Shown piece by piece: positions 1 to 9,737 of a stretch of 64,000 bases of DNA. Each line of letters opens with the position of its first letter. The first letter of the stretch is position 1. The notes under the pieces were generated by a model, which saw only the letters and a list, made by a program, of their open reading frames with translations, was not told where the DNA came from and ran no database searches. The position numbers and the translations under genes were made by a program. The stretch is from a candidate division TA06 bacterium SM23_40. GTDB taxonomy: Bacteria; LJUI01; SM1-40. The stretch is taken from the NCBI GenBank assembly GCA_001303705.1, contig LJUI01000010.1:193-64192 (forward strand), in the 5' to 3' direction.

Positions 1-551
1 AGCTCGGCGAGAGCATCCGGTGCCCTGGCATCCTGCTCCAAGAGCCCGTCGTGGCGCGCACCCTCCCTACATTCTCCTCACTTCATCACGCGCATTGTCA
101 TCTTTCTCTCGGGGAAAGAAGCGCACCCTCTGGTGACCTACACCTCCGTATTCTCTATGTCACCAGAGCTGTGCCTGCAGGAGGAGGAATGAGCAGTGCA
201 ACATTGCTCATCCGTATCGCTGATGTGAGTAACCACACGCGAGGGAGCTTCCTGGTCCCGACGTCCCCACATGAAAGAGTCAGTCTCCAGCGGCCCACCA
301 CACGTCACCCGGAGAGAAGACAGGATACCGCACATGCCCTCATGCCTAGCGCCGACACACGTCGGCCCGCCGCATCGTCACTACACTGCATCCCCCCCTT
401 CTTCAACGAGTTGCGGCTTGGTAGTTCCTGACCTACTTCAACCACACTGAGTCCCGGGACAGACATAGCCGTCCACCCGAGAACTGGGTCCACAGATAAT
501 CAATGGTATCCTATCACTCACATCTTGTCAAGTGTTTTTTCGCGCCCCACG

Positions 552-577
552 CAAAAATCGGCAGCCGAAGAGGTTGC
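552..577 (-). terminator. candidate intrinsic terminator downstream of the bactofilin gene
   Basis: Minus strand reads GCAACC-UCUUC-GGCUGC (6-bp stem, one A.C mismatch) about 15 nt after the stop, then CGAUUUUUG. Confidence 0.35.
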
Positions 578-591
578 GCCCGTCCTACCGC

Positions 592-1011
592 TCAGCCCTC
601 CTTCGATGTCTCCGCGGGCTTTGGTGGCGTGCTCGCTGACGGGGCCGCCTTGCCATCGCGCCTCTGGCAGCGCCCTTCAAAGAAGACCCCTTCATTGATC
701 ACCAGGCCCTGGCAGACAATGTCGCCCCTGAGGCGAGAGCCTGTTTCAAGAATTCCGAGTGAACTGAGGAGTAGGTCGCCTGATACATCTCCAGCGACGA
801 TGGCGCTCTTCGCCCTCACCTCCCCGCTCACTCGGCCAGTCTTCCCGACGATCACAGTGTCGGACGAGTCGATCAGTCCCTCGATCTGTCCGTCGATACG
901 GACACTCCCCTTGACTTTTACCTCACCCTTGATAAATGCATCTTTCCCCACGATCGTGTCGAGCTTACCGCCTGTGGCTTCGGAGACCTGAGATCTTTTT
1001 TGCCCGAGCAT
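592..1011 (-). CDS. bactofilin (DUF583) polymer-forming cytoskeletal protein
   Basis: 139-aa ORF with the repetitive beta-helix pattern typical of bactofilins (IKGEVKVKGSVRIDGQIEG..GKTGRVSGEVRAKSAIVAGDVSGDL..RLRGDIVCQGLVINEGVFFEG) and a Pro/Ala-rich tail. Confidence 0.85.
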   Translation of the reverse strand: MLGQKRSQVSEATGGKLDTIVGKDAFIKGEVKVKGSVRIDGQIEGLIDSSDTVIVGKTGRVSGEVRAKSAIVAGDVSGDLLLSSLGILETGSRLRGDIVCQGLVINEGVFFEGRCQRRDGKAAPSASTPPKPAETSKEG

Positions 1012-1085
1012 GCCGCCGCTCCTCCTTCGTGGTAACCAACTAACTCCTGATGGGTTATGTCGCTCCCCGGCTCCGCCCTCAGTCC

Positions 1086-2087
1086 CTACAGTTCGAGTCG
1101 AGACATATCCGCGGTCATCGCATACAGTAGAAGCCGCACGCCGCCTTCGATATCTCCCAGGTCGACCATCTCCGATGGAGTATGAACGTATCGACAGGGA
1201 ACCGAGATGACCCCGGTCGGCACACCACTTCTTGTCGCCTGCATCGCCTGCCCGCCCGCCGTCCTGCCATCGCTTATCTCGAGTTGGTACGGAATCCCCC
1301 GCCTCCTGGCTCCGTCGATCAGCAACTGGCGTACCTTGGGGTGCGAGACTATCCCGGCGTCCTTCACCTTGATCGCCGGTCCCTTGCCCAACTGCACTGA
1401 CGCCGCCTGGCCCTCCGGAGTGTCACCCGTGGGCGATACATCGACTGCCATGCCGATCTCTGGATCAACGCTGTAGGCGGAGGTAATGACGCCGCGCCCC
1501 CCCAGTGCCCCCTGGACGGCCAACACAAAATAGAGATCGTTCTTCGCACCGCGCACTCGCTTCGCCGCCTCGATCAGCATGGCGCACCCGACCCGAGCGC
1601 CGAGCGCCTTCCCGACGATTCTCCCCCCCAGATCTGTTGCCTCTCCGTCGAGGACTGCACAATCCCCCACAGAGACGAGTCCTCCGGCACTCTTGGCGTC
1701 GGCGGCGCCGACGTCGAGGTACATCTTCTCCAGCGTCGGCCTCGCCTTCTCGTCGCCGAGTCCCTCCAGACCGATCGTCCCACGCGTACCATTGGACAAA
1801 ATCACCCGCGCGCCCGGAAGCGTCTCCGATTCGAGGCTGCCGACCGCGGCGAATCTCACAAATCCCTTGGCGTCGATGTGCGTGACAACGATACCGCTTT
1901 CGTCCATGTGCGCAGTCAGCATGATCCGCCGGCCACGCCCTCTTCTTCTGGCGATGAGATTGCCCATCACGTCGGTCCTGATCTCATCGACCGACCGCGC
2001 GATCTCTTTGCGGACCACCTCCCGTACCAATGCCTCTTCGCCAGATGGACCGTAGCAGTCCGATAGTCTCTTCAGTAGCTCCCTCAT
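1086..2087 (-). CDS. M42-family (TET/FrvX/YsdC-like) peptidase paralog 1, apparently non-catalytic
   Basis: Start moved to ATG 2087 (MRELLKRLSDCYGPSGEE), 44 nt after the upstream stop. HMDE motif is present (LTAHMDESG). The DDR motif is LGAR and the QEE motif is QGA (LAVQGALGGRG). Confidence 0.8.
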   Translation of the reverse strand: MRELLKRLSDCYGPSGEEALVREVVRKEIARSVDEIRTDVMGNLIARRRGRGRRIMLTAHMDESGIVVTHIDAKGFVRFAAVGSLESETLPGARVILSNGTRGTIGLEGLGDEKARPTLEKMYLDVGAADAKSAGGLVSVGDCAVLDGEATDLGGRIVGKALGARVGCAMLIEAAKRVRGAKNDLYFVLAVQGALGGRGVITSAYSVDPEIGMAVDVSPTGDTPEGQAASVQLGKGPAIKVKDAGIVSHPKVRQLLIDGARRRGIPYQLEISDGRTAGGQAMQATRSGVPTGVISVPCRYVHTPSEMVDLGDIEGGVRLLLYAMTADMSRLEL

Positions 2088-2130
2088 GTGCGACCCTGCC
2101 CCAATGCGATTACCCTCAATTTCGCCGCCG

Positions 2131-3198
2131 TCACCTTGCCGATCGCCGATGACCAGCCCTGTGAACCGCCTGCCTCCATCCCGGCCGTGCGAGACGCTCG
2201 AGCAGCAGAGCCACCAGTTCTGCGGCATGTCTGATGTCGTGCAGGCTGGCCAGAGAGGCCGGACCATGGAGATATCGGCACGGTACTGAGATGACGGCCA
2301 CCCGGGCTCCTCCTCCCGCCACGGCGATTCTCCCCCCGTCGGTTCCTCCGACCATCGGCCGCTTCGTCTGGAGAGGAATCCCCTCCTGTTCGGCTATCTC
2401 CCTGATGAGTGCCACCAGTCCTGGATCGCAGATGACCGTCCTATCCATCGTCGTCACCGTCGGACCCTCTCCCAGACGCGGCGTGGTCCCTACATCCTTC
2501 CTTCTGGGGAAATCCGCCGCTGCCGTCCCCTCGATGACAATGCCAATGTCGGGCCTCAGCCGCTCGGCAGCGACCCGCGCCCCCCTCAATCCCACCTCTT
2601 CCTGCACAGTGAATGCGAGCGAGACGGGAATAGACTGATGGGCCTTCGCTATCTCCACGAGCACAGCGCAGCCGACACGATCATCAAACGCCTTCCCTTT
2701 GATAACGGTCCGCCCGTACCGCTCGAATGTTGTAGCGAAGACAGCATAGGATCCAACGGGCGCCAGCCGTTTCGCCTCCTCTGCTGTCGACGCGCCGATG
2801 TCGAGGAATAGATCCTTGAGCTTGACCGTCTCTTTCCTCGCCTCGGGAGTCAGCAGGTGAAGTGGCTTCATGCCAACGACTCCGGGGCGCTTCTCGTTGC
2901 CCACGAGGAACGTCTTGGCCGGCAGGAGTCGGACATCGATGCCGCCAACCGTGCGGAATCTGAGTTGCCCTCGTTCTTCATGCCCTACGACCATCAGACC
3001 GACCTCATCCATGTGGGCTGCCACCATCACCCGCGGGCCACGTTCCCCCCTCCGCGTCTGCTTGACCGAGAACAGATTCCCCAGGGCGTCTGTCTCCAGG
3101 CGGTCGACATGATCCGCAATTTCGCGCCTGATCAGCCCGCGCACCTCACCTTCATCCCCGGATACGCCGCTCGCGTTCGATAATGCTTCCAGGATCAC
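2131..3198 (-). CDS. M42-family aminopeptidase paralog 2
   Basis: 355 aa. Motifs AAHMDEVG, AFDDRVGC, TVQEEVGLRGA, CRYLHGP. Confidence 0.88.
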   Translation of the reverse strand: MILEALSNASGVSGDEGEVRGLIRREIADHVDRLETDALGNLFSVKQTRRGERGPRVMVAAHMDEVGLMVVGHEERGQLRFRTVGGIDVRLLPAKTFLVGNEKRPGVVGMKPLHLLTPEARKETVKLKDLFLDIGASTAEEAKRLAPVGSYAVFATTFERYGRTVIKGKAFDDRVGCAVLVEIAKAHQSIPVSLAFTVQEEVGLRGARVAAERLRPDIGIVIEGTAAADFPRRKDVGTTPRLGEGPTVTTMDRTVICDPGLVALIREIAEQEGIPLQTKRPMVGGTDGGRIAVAGGGARVAVISVPCRYLHGPASLASLHDIRHAAELVALLLERLARPGWRQAVHRAGHRRSAR

Positions 3199-3228
3199 CC
3201 CTCGTCCCCTCTGTCCGTGACGAACTGT

Positions 3229-4299
3229 CTATGCTCGGTCTTGCGTGATCGAATCGGGATTCAGAAGAAACCCGACATCTACGAGCTCGGCGCTGAATTC
3301 AACCAGTAATCTGGCGGCCCCCTCCACGTCAGCTGTGGCTACCACCTCTGCGGAGGTGTGCATATAACGAACGGGAATCCCCACGAGCGCCGTAGGCACC
3401 CCCTCACGCGTCAGCTGAATCGCGGCAGCATCTGTGCCCCGTGGGCGCGGCTCCGCCTCGTCCTGAATGGGGATCCCCTCTCTCTCCGCCGTCTCCATGA
3501 GACGGGCACGCAGCCGGGGATGATATCCCGGTCCCACCCCGAGGGTCGGTCCTCCGCCGAGTTCATACGTCTCGTACTTATCGACTCCGAGCATATCACC
3601 GTACGTGACATCGAGTACGACCGCGAGGCCGGGATCGAGCCCGTAGGCGCTGACGGTCGCCCCGAGATGCGCGATTTCCTCCTGGACCGTGGCGACTGCG
3701 TAGATATCCCACCGATGGTCCCGCCGGGCCAACTCCTCCACGGCGAGCACAAGGGCTGCCAGGCTTGCGCGGTCATCAAACGCCTTCGCCGCGCACAACC
3801 CCCCTTCCATCTCCATGAACTTCCGCGATAGGGCGATGGGATCGCCGGTCTTGACACGACGTCTCACAGTCCGCTCGGTGAGCCCGACATCTATGAATAG
3901 ATCTTCGATCTCTACTACCCGATCTTTCTCTTCTTCCAGCTGCAAATGAGGGGGTTCGGACCCGATCACTCCCGGCAGCCGCTTCTCACCATGAACCATG
4001 ACCTCCTGACCGGGAAGTACTCTCGGATCGATCCCGCCGACAGCGGCAAAGCGCAGCACACCGCCGCGGTCAACCTTCCTGACGATGAGGCCGATCTCAT
4101 CGGCATGTGCCGTCAGAAGCAGCCTCCCGCCATCTTCGCTACCCGGGAGGAGCGCGATTCGATTCCCGACGCGATCGACCTCAACCACGGCCCCGGCAGA
4201 TCGCATTTCCTCCTCGACGACCTTCCCGATCCCCGCCTCGAACCCGCTGATGCCGTCACTTTCACTCAGCCTCTGGAGCAACTCTATAGTCCGACCCAC
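3229..4299 (-). CDS. M42-family aminopeptidase paralog 3
   Basis: 356 aa. Motifs TAHADEIG, AFDDRASL, TVQEEIAHLGA, VRYMHTSAE. Confidence 0.88.
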   Translation of the reverse strand: MGRTIELLQRLSESDGISGFEAGIGKVVEEEMRSAGAVVEVDRVGNRIALLPGSEDGGRLLLTAHADEIGLIVRKVDRGGVLRFAAVGGIDPRVLPGQEVMVHGEKRLPGVIGSEPPHLQLEEEKDRVVEIEDLFIDVGLTERTVRRRVKTGDPIALSRKFMEMEGGLCAAKAFDDRASLAALVLAVEELARRDHRWDIYAVATVQEEIAHLGATVSAYGLDPGLAVVLDVTYGDMLGVDKYETYELGGGPTLGVGPGYHPRLRARLMETAEREGIPIQDEAEPRPRGTDAAAIQLTREGVPTALVGIPVRYMHTSAEVVATADVEGAARLLVEFSAELVDVGFLLNPDSITQDRA

Positions 4300-4315
4300 T
4301 CACCACCTCCCCAGG

Positions 4316-5170
4316 CTACTCTATCCTCACGCCGAGGATTGAGAGAATGCGTTCGAGATCTTCAGGAGAATAGAACTCGATCTCGATCTTCCCCTTCTTC
4401 TTCCCGTATCCGATCCGCACCTGCGTCCTGAGACGGTCTCGCAGCGCGCGTGTTACAGCCTCCAGTTCCCCTGATAACTCCTGACCGCGACCTGGCATCC
4501 TCCGTCTCGCCGATCTCGTCTCCACCAGGCGTTCGAGCGCCCGCACTGAGAGCGCCTCCCTGATCGTCCTGCGGCAGAGCGCGATCTGCCGGTGCGCTCC
4601 ACGCGCACTCAGAAGCGCACGTGCGTGCCCCTCAGAGATCCGGCCGGCCTCGAGATGGCGCTTCACCTCCTCTGGCAGGCCGAGCAGCCGCAGAGTATTT
4701 GTAATCGTCGAACGATCCTTGCCCACGCGACTTCCTATTTCGCTCTGAGAGAGTCCATACCTCTCGCTCAGCACCCCGTATGCCCGTGCGCGCTCGAGCG
4801 GAGCCAGGTCCTCACGCTGTATGTTCTCGACGAGCGCAACCTCCAGCGCCTCGACATCGGTCGCCTCCCGCACTATGGCCGGCACCTCAGTGAGGCCAGC
4901 AGCACGGGCGGCCTGAAGCCGTCGCTCTCCGGCAATCAACTGATATTCTCCGTCGACGCGACGAACCACGATCGGCTGCACAAGCCCCTGCTGCCGGATC
5001 GACTCCGCGAGTTCGGCAATCGTTTCGGATTCGACCGCACGTCGCGGCTGGTGCGGGTTCGGGCGAACCGCAGTAACGGGAAGACGCACTATATCCGATT
5101 CCTCGGCAGCTTCGACTGACGCCTGCGGGATGAGCGCATCCAGCCCTCGACCCAATGCCTTTCTAGCCAC
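4316..5170 (-). CDS. parB: chromosome partitioning protein ParB (Spo0J)
   Basis: N-terminus [28 protein letters not shown] box and an HTH segment ([24 protein letters not shown]). 8-nt overlap with parA. Confidence 0.95.
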   Translation of the reverse strand: MARKALGRGLDALIPQASVEAAEESDIVRLPVTAVRPNPHQPRRAVESETIAELAESIRQQGLVQPIVVRRVDGEYQLIAGERRLQAARAAGLTEVPAIVREATDVEALEVALVENIQREDLAPLERARAYGVLSERYGLSQSEIGSRVGKDRSTITNTLRLLGLPEEVKRHLEAGRISEGHARALLSARGAHRQIALCRRTIREALSVRALERLVETRSARRRMPGRGQELSGELEAVTRALRDRLRTQVRIGYGKKKGKIEIEFYSPEDLERILSILGVRIE

Positions 5171-5924
5171 CGTTCATTACCTCCCTGGCGAGCTCCATAT
5201 AGCTCGCCGCACCTGTGGACAGGATATCATACAGGATGATCGGTTTGCCGAAACTGGGCGCCTCGGAGAGCCGAACGTTTCGGGGAATGACAGTCCGGTA
5301 CACTTTGTGGCTGAAGTATTTCCTCGCCTCCTCGAGAACCTGCTTCGAGAGATTGAGGCGAGAGTCGTACATCGTCAGGAGAACGCCCTCTATGGTGAGA
5401 TCGGGATTGAGGTTCTTCTGCACGAGCCTGATGGTGTTCAGGAGTTGACCCAGTCCCTCGAGTGCATAGTACTCGCACTGAATCGGTATTAGGACCGAAT
5501 CGGCCGCCGTGAGACTGTTCACCGTCAGCAACCCGAGCGAAGGAGGGCAGTCCACGATGACATAGGAGTAATCATCCCGAACTGCATGCAATGCCCGCCT
5601 CAGCCGCGTCTCCCTGGCGAGCGCACTCACAAGCTCAACCTCAGCGCCCACCAGCCAGATGTGAGATGGGACGACCTCGAGATAGGGAACTTCGGTATCC
5701 CTGATCGCCTCCCGCACAGGCCGCTCATGAACCAGCACATCATAGATCGAGCTCGACAGGCTTTCTCTGTCAATGCCGAGCCCGCTCGTCGCATTCGCTT
5801 GGGGATCGACGTCCACGAGCAGCACGCGCCGTTCAGCAACGGCCAGACACGCCGACAGGTTCACCGATGTCGTCGTCTTACCCACCCCTCCCTTCTGATT
5901 GACGACTGCGATAATCTTTCCCAC
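5163..5924 (-). CDS. parA: chromosome partitioning ATPase ParA (Soj)
   Basis: Deviant Walker [18 protein letters not shown]. Best start is GTG 5924, preceded by GAGGAG 7 nt upstream. The ORF-track ATG at 6029 adds a 35-aa Cys/Arg-rich non-conserved extension. Confidence 0.93.
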   Translation of the reverse strand: MGKIIAVVNQKGGVGKTTTSVNLSACLAVAERRVLLVDVDPQANATSGLGIDRESLSSSIYDVLVHERPVREAIRDTEVPYLEVVPSHIWLVGAEVELVSALARETRLRRALHAVRDDYSYVIVDCPPSLGLLTVNSLTAADSVLIPIQCEYYALEGLGQLLNTIRLVQKNLNPDLTIEGVLLTMYDSRLNLSKQVLEEARKYFSHKVYRTVIPRNVRLSEAPSFGKPIILYDILSTGAASYMELAREVMNGG

Positions 5925-6132
5925 TGATCGACTCCTCGATCGCCTATTCCGGCAGCTTCGCCGGCAATCCGAACAGATCTCCTGAATCGCCCTGCGATCG
6001 CAAACGGCAGTAATCTCGTAACATGCCAAAAAATAGGGAGTTACGCAACCAGCTCCCCCTCCCGTCTACATTCTCAGCCACCATACCAGAGCGGGTCGTC
6101 GCTGTCAACCCAAATCTGCAATGTCGTTCGCA

Positions 6133-6834
6133 TCAGACGCGTTCGACGATGACGATCTTCGGGCGCGGACTCAACCTGAGTCCCCTCTTCTCCTCGATGC
6201 CGACGATCCGTCCCCCCCACTTCTCAAGCGACGCACTGCTCTCCTTTGCCTCCGCCTCCGCGGTCCTGCCCTTGAAGGCGAGGAGCCTGCCGCCGGGTGC
6301 GAGAAGCGGGAGCGAGAGCCGGATAACTTCTTTCAGATGGGCGACGGCACGGACGGTTACGCTCACATACCTGCCCCCGTGTGCCGGATCCCTGCACAAC
6401 ATCTCCGCGCGTTCGTTCAGCACGTTGATCCCCGACAGGCCCAGTTCCTGTACTGCGTGCTGAAGAAAGAGTGCCTTCTTTCGAGATGATTCCACCAGCG
6501 TAATGGGCGTCCTGGGAAGGCATATCTTGAGCGGTATTCCCGGGAACCCCCCTCCGGAGCCCACATCCATCACCTCCCCGTCATCCGTATCCCGGATGAG
6601 TGAAAGGGCGATCAGCGACGTGAGCGCGTGCCGGGAGAGCACGGAGCCCGCATCTCGGCGCGACACGAGATTCATCCGCTCGTTCCACGAGAGCAGAACC
6701 TGGCGGAATTCGAGGAACTGATGCCGCTGGTCCGCCTCCAGGTCGATGCCGAGCTGCTCCAGACCCTGGTCGAATGCCGCCAGATCACGTTCCAGCGACG
6801 CGCGCCCCTGTCCACTGTCTCCGGCCTGACGCAC
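6133..6834 (-). CDS. rsmG: 16S rRNA (guanine527-N7)-methyltransferase RsmG (GidB)
   Basis: 233 aa with the SAM motif VMDVGSGGGFPGIPLKI. Canonical position between mnmG and parA. Confidence 0.92.
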   Translation of the reverse strand: MRQAGDSGQGRASLERDLAAFDQGLEQLGIDLEADQRHQFLEFRQVLLSWNERMNLVSRRDAGSVLSRHALTSLIALSLIRDTDDGEVMDVGSGGGFPGIPLKICLPRTPITLVESSRKKALFLQHAVQELGLSGINVLNERAEMLCRDPAHGGRYVSVTVRAVAHLKEVIRLSLPLLAPGGRLLAFKGRTAEAEAKESSASLEKWGGRIVGIEEKRGLRLSPRPKIVIVERV

Positions 6835-6887
6835 AATCCATGCGCCTCCACCGCGCCATCGGGTCAGCCCGCGGCCTTACAGACAAC

Positions 6888-8888
6888 TCAACCGGGCCCC
6901 CCTGTTTCACGTGAAACATCCACATCCGATCGATCACAGCCCGCCGACCGAACCAGCCGATCGACGTGCACTAACAGCAGTGAGATGTCCGCAGGGGTGA
7001 CTCCCGATATCCGGCTCGCCTGCCCGATGGTGCGCGGCATGACCGCTCTCAGCTTCTCCCTTGCCTCGGTCGATATACCTCTGAGGCTCGAGTAGTCGAT
7101 CCACCCGGGAATCGCCCGCTCCTCCAGGTCCCGAAGCCGCTGGACCCGGTCGTTCTGCCGGGCTATGTACCCCTCGTACTTCACGGCCACCTCCACCCGC
7201 TCACTCACTTCCCGGGGCAGGCGCCGCGAACACTCGTCTATCTTCCTCAGATCGGGGTACGTTACCTCAGGCCGCCTGAGAAGCTGCGCCAGGCTCTCGG
7301 GCTCGGCGAGTTCACGGGATCCTACTGCCTTCAGAAGTTCGTTCGATTTGGCCACCGTGGGCCTGGTGCGCTCCAGTCTTCGCCGCTCCTCATCGACGCC
7401 CCGCCGCAGCGCATCCAGGGCTTCCATTGCCCGCCCGGAGATGAGGCCGAACCGGTGCCCGTAATGCATGAGCCGCTCATCGGCGTTGTCGTGCCGCAGC
7501 AGCAGGCGATACTCAGCCCTGGAGGTGAACATACGATAGGGCTCCCCGGTGCCCTTCGTCACAAGGTCGTCGATGAGAACGCCGATGTAAGCCTCCGACC
7601 TCCGGGGCACGAACGGCTCCTCGCCCTGCAGCCGGAGCGCTGCATTGATGCCGGCGACGAGGCCCTGGGCCGCCGCCTCCTCATATCCTGAGGTGCCATT
7701 GATCTGCCCCGCGAGGAAGAGGCCGGTCAGGCGCTTCGTTTCGAGCCACGGCTGGAGCTGCGTGGGGGGAACGAAATCGTATTCGATCGCATAGCCAGGC
7801 CTCAGTATCTCCGTCCGCTCCAACCCCGGAAGTGTCCGCACCATCGAGAGCTGCACATCCTCCGGCAAAGACGATGAAAGCCCGCTCAGATAGTACTCGT
7901 GCGTTGCCCTCCCTTCCGGCTCCAGGAAGATCTGGTGACGCCCCTTCTCCGGGAACCTGACGACCTTGTCCTCTATGCTCGGACAGTACCGGGGCCCGAT
8001 GCCCTCGATCCTCCCGGAGAACAGGGGAGAGCGATCGAGATTTCGACGGATGATCGCATGCGTCTGGTCTACCGTGTAGGTGACATAGCAATCGAGCTGT
8101 CCCCTGAGGAATCCGGGAAGGGACAGGGTCTCCCCTTCCTTCAACATAGTACAGGCCTCTCCCGCATCTGCCTCTTCCCCCTCGGGGCGCAGCGTCCGGT
8201 GCGAGAAGACCCGCGGGTCAGAATCGCCTGGCTGCCGCTGTAACCGGCTGAAATCTACTGTCTTCCCGTCGATGCGGGGCGACGTCCCCGTCTTCAGCCG
8301 GCCCAACTCCAACCCCAGCCGCCTCAACCTGCTTGACAGCCGGGAAGCAGCGAACTCTCCAGCGCGCCCCGCTCTGTAGGTCGACAAGCCTATATGTATC
8401 AGACCATTAAGGAATGTCCCCGTGGTCAAGATGACAGCCCCTCCCCGATATCTCATGCCTCCGAGCGTTCCGATCCCCACCACACGACCTGCCCGTGCGT
8501 GCACCGTCTGAACCAGACCCTGCTTGAGGTCCACGCCCGCCTGTCTGTCGATGCACAGCAGCATCTCTCTCCGATACAAACGCTTATCGGATTGGACCCG
8601 CAGGGCCCGGACCGCAGGCCCCTTCTTTGTGTTGAGCATGCGGAACTGGATCCCGGTCGCATCGGCGACCCTTCCCATCTCTCCGCCGATGGCGTCTATC
8701 TCTTTAACCAAGTGGCCTTTAGCGACTCCACCGATAGACGGATTGCACGACATCTGGGCCACGGTGTCGATATTGAGGGTCATGAGGAGGACGCGCATGC
8801 CCATCCTGGCGGCGGCAAGGGCAGCCTCACACCCGGCATGACCCGCGCCAACCACAATCACATCGTAGGTCTCAGGATAGATGGGCAC
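6888..8888 (-). CDS. mnmG: tRNA uridine 5-carboxymethylaminomethyl modification enzyme MnmG (GidA)
   Basis: FAD motif [23 protein letters not shown]. Preferred start is GTG 8888 (giving [14 protein letters not shown]), with GGGAGA upstream. Alternative starts are ATG 8921 and 9005. Contains an insertion of about 25 aa ([27 protein letters not shown]) relative to the E. coli protein as I recall it. Confidence 0.93.
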   Translation of the reverse strand: MPIYPETYDVIVVGAGHAGCEAALAAARMGMRVLLMTLNIDTVAQMSCNPSIGGVAKGHLVKEIDAIGGEMGRVADATGIQFRMLNTKKGPAVRALRVQSDKRLYRREMLLCIDRQAGVDLKQGLVQTVHARAGRVVGIGTLGGMRYRGGAVILTTGTFLNGLIHIGLSTYRAGRAGEFAASRLSSRLRRLGLELGRLKTGTSPRIDGKTVDFSRLQRQPGDSDPRVFSHRTLRPEGEEADAGEACTMLKEGETLSLPGFLRGQLDCYVTYTVDQTHAIIRRNLDRSPLFSGRIEGIGPRYCPSIEDKVVRFPEKGRHQIFLEPEGRATHEYYLSGLSSSLPEDVQLSMVRTLPGLERTEILRPGYAIEYDFVPPTQLQPWLETKRLTGLFLAGQINGTSGYEEAAAQGLVAGINAALRLQGEEPFVPRRSEAYIGVLIDDLVTKGTGEPYRMFTSRAEYRLLLRHDNADERLMHYGHRFGLISGRAMEALDALRRGVDEERRRLERTRPTVAKSNELLKAVGSRELAEPESLAQLLRRPEVTYPDLRKIDECSRRLPREVSERVEVAVKYEGYIARQNDRVQRLRDLEERAIPGWIDYSSLRGISTEAREKLRAVMPRTIGQASRISGVTPADISLLLVHVDRLVRSAGCDRSDVDVSRETGGPG
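6903..6918. promoter_or_regulatory. parS: parS centromere site, perfect 16-bp palindrome TGTTTCACGTGAAACA
   Basis: Exact match to the canonical parS consensus. It lies inside the last codons of mnmG (..VSRET..), 1.7 kb from parB. Confidence 0.9.
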
Positions 8889-9285
8889 CGTACATATCTC
8901 CCGCTTGATCGCCCTCGCCATCTCAGGGAGCGCGCGCCGCACACCCACGGCCAGCACGCCTGCACTCCTCCCGACACACGGGGTACGGAACGATAGCACA
9001 GTCATAAGAGCGGTTCAACGGTTTTCACGCCTGGCTGCCCACATCTGTAGCTATGCCATGCGCATCGCCATGCGCCGCACCTCTCAGCTCTATTCACGCT
9101 CCACACAATATTTCATAACATTCTTCACCTTTTTAGTCCTGTCTCATCTCCGCGCCCCCTCTCGCGATCCGTACCCGCCCCCCCTGCCCTCATATTCGAC
9201 AGAGATCAGGACGGCACTCGCTCCTGCACCGTGACCATACCACTGCCTGGCGTCGCCCCGGTGGCCTCATGCAGAGACTCGGCCC

Positions 9286-9314
9286 TTGACATGTACGAAA
9301 GAATATAGCATACT
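9286..9314 (+). promoter_or_regulatory. sigma70-type promoter TTGACA-N17-CATACT
   Basis: TTGACA at 9286-9291, 17-nt spacer, CATACT at 9309-9314. It points toward the histidine kinase gene, more than 400 nt downstream. Confidence 0.5.
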
Positions 9315-9737
9315 CAGAACCTGTACCCGGGATGACGATCTCCCTGCCCCGACCGCCACTGGACGACAGTTGAGCCGATCCGGGCACCGAATGGCCCTAT
9401 CGGGTACCGGTTCGTGCCTGCATCGTTCCGTGGGCAGGACGGACGGAATTCATGATTTCTGCGTGTGCCATCAAGCGAACGTGTAGTTCATCGCAGATGA
9501 GCACACCCGCCAGTTACGCGTTGGCCTTGCGCCGCGTACGATGCCTCGCAACTGGAGCTGCTGTCCCAGGATGACTCCGGCACACTCTCTCTCCCTCGGA
9601 TGCTCACGGACCGTCCACATCCTGCCGACGAGAACCACCGGAAGTCCCCTCGGATACGTACCCAGTCAGTCTGCGCTCTCACACCAATGATCTCCGCCGG
9701 GTTCGCGGGCGCCCGGCCGATCCCGAGGGTCGCCTCT

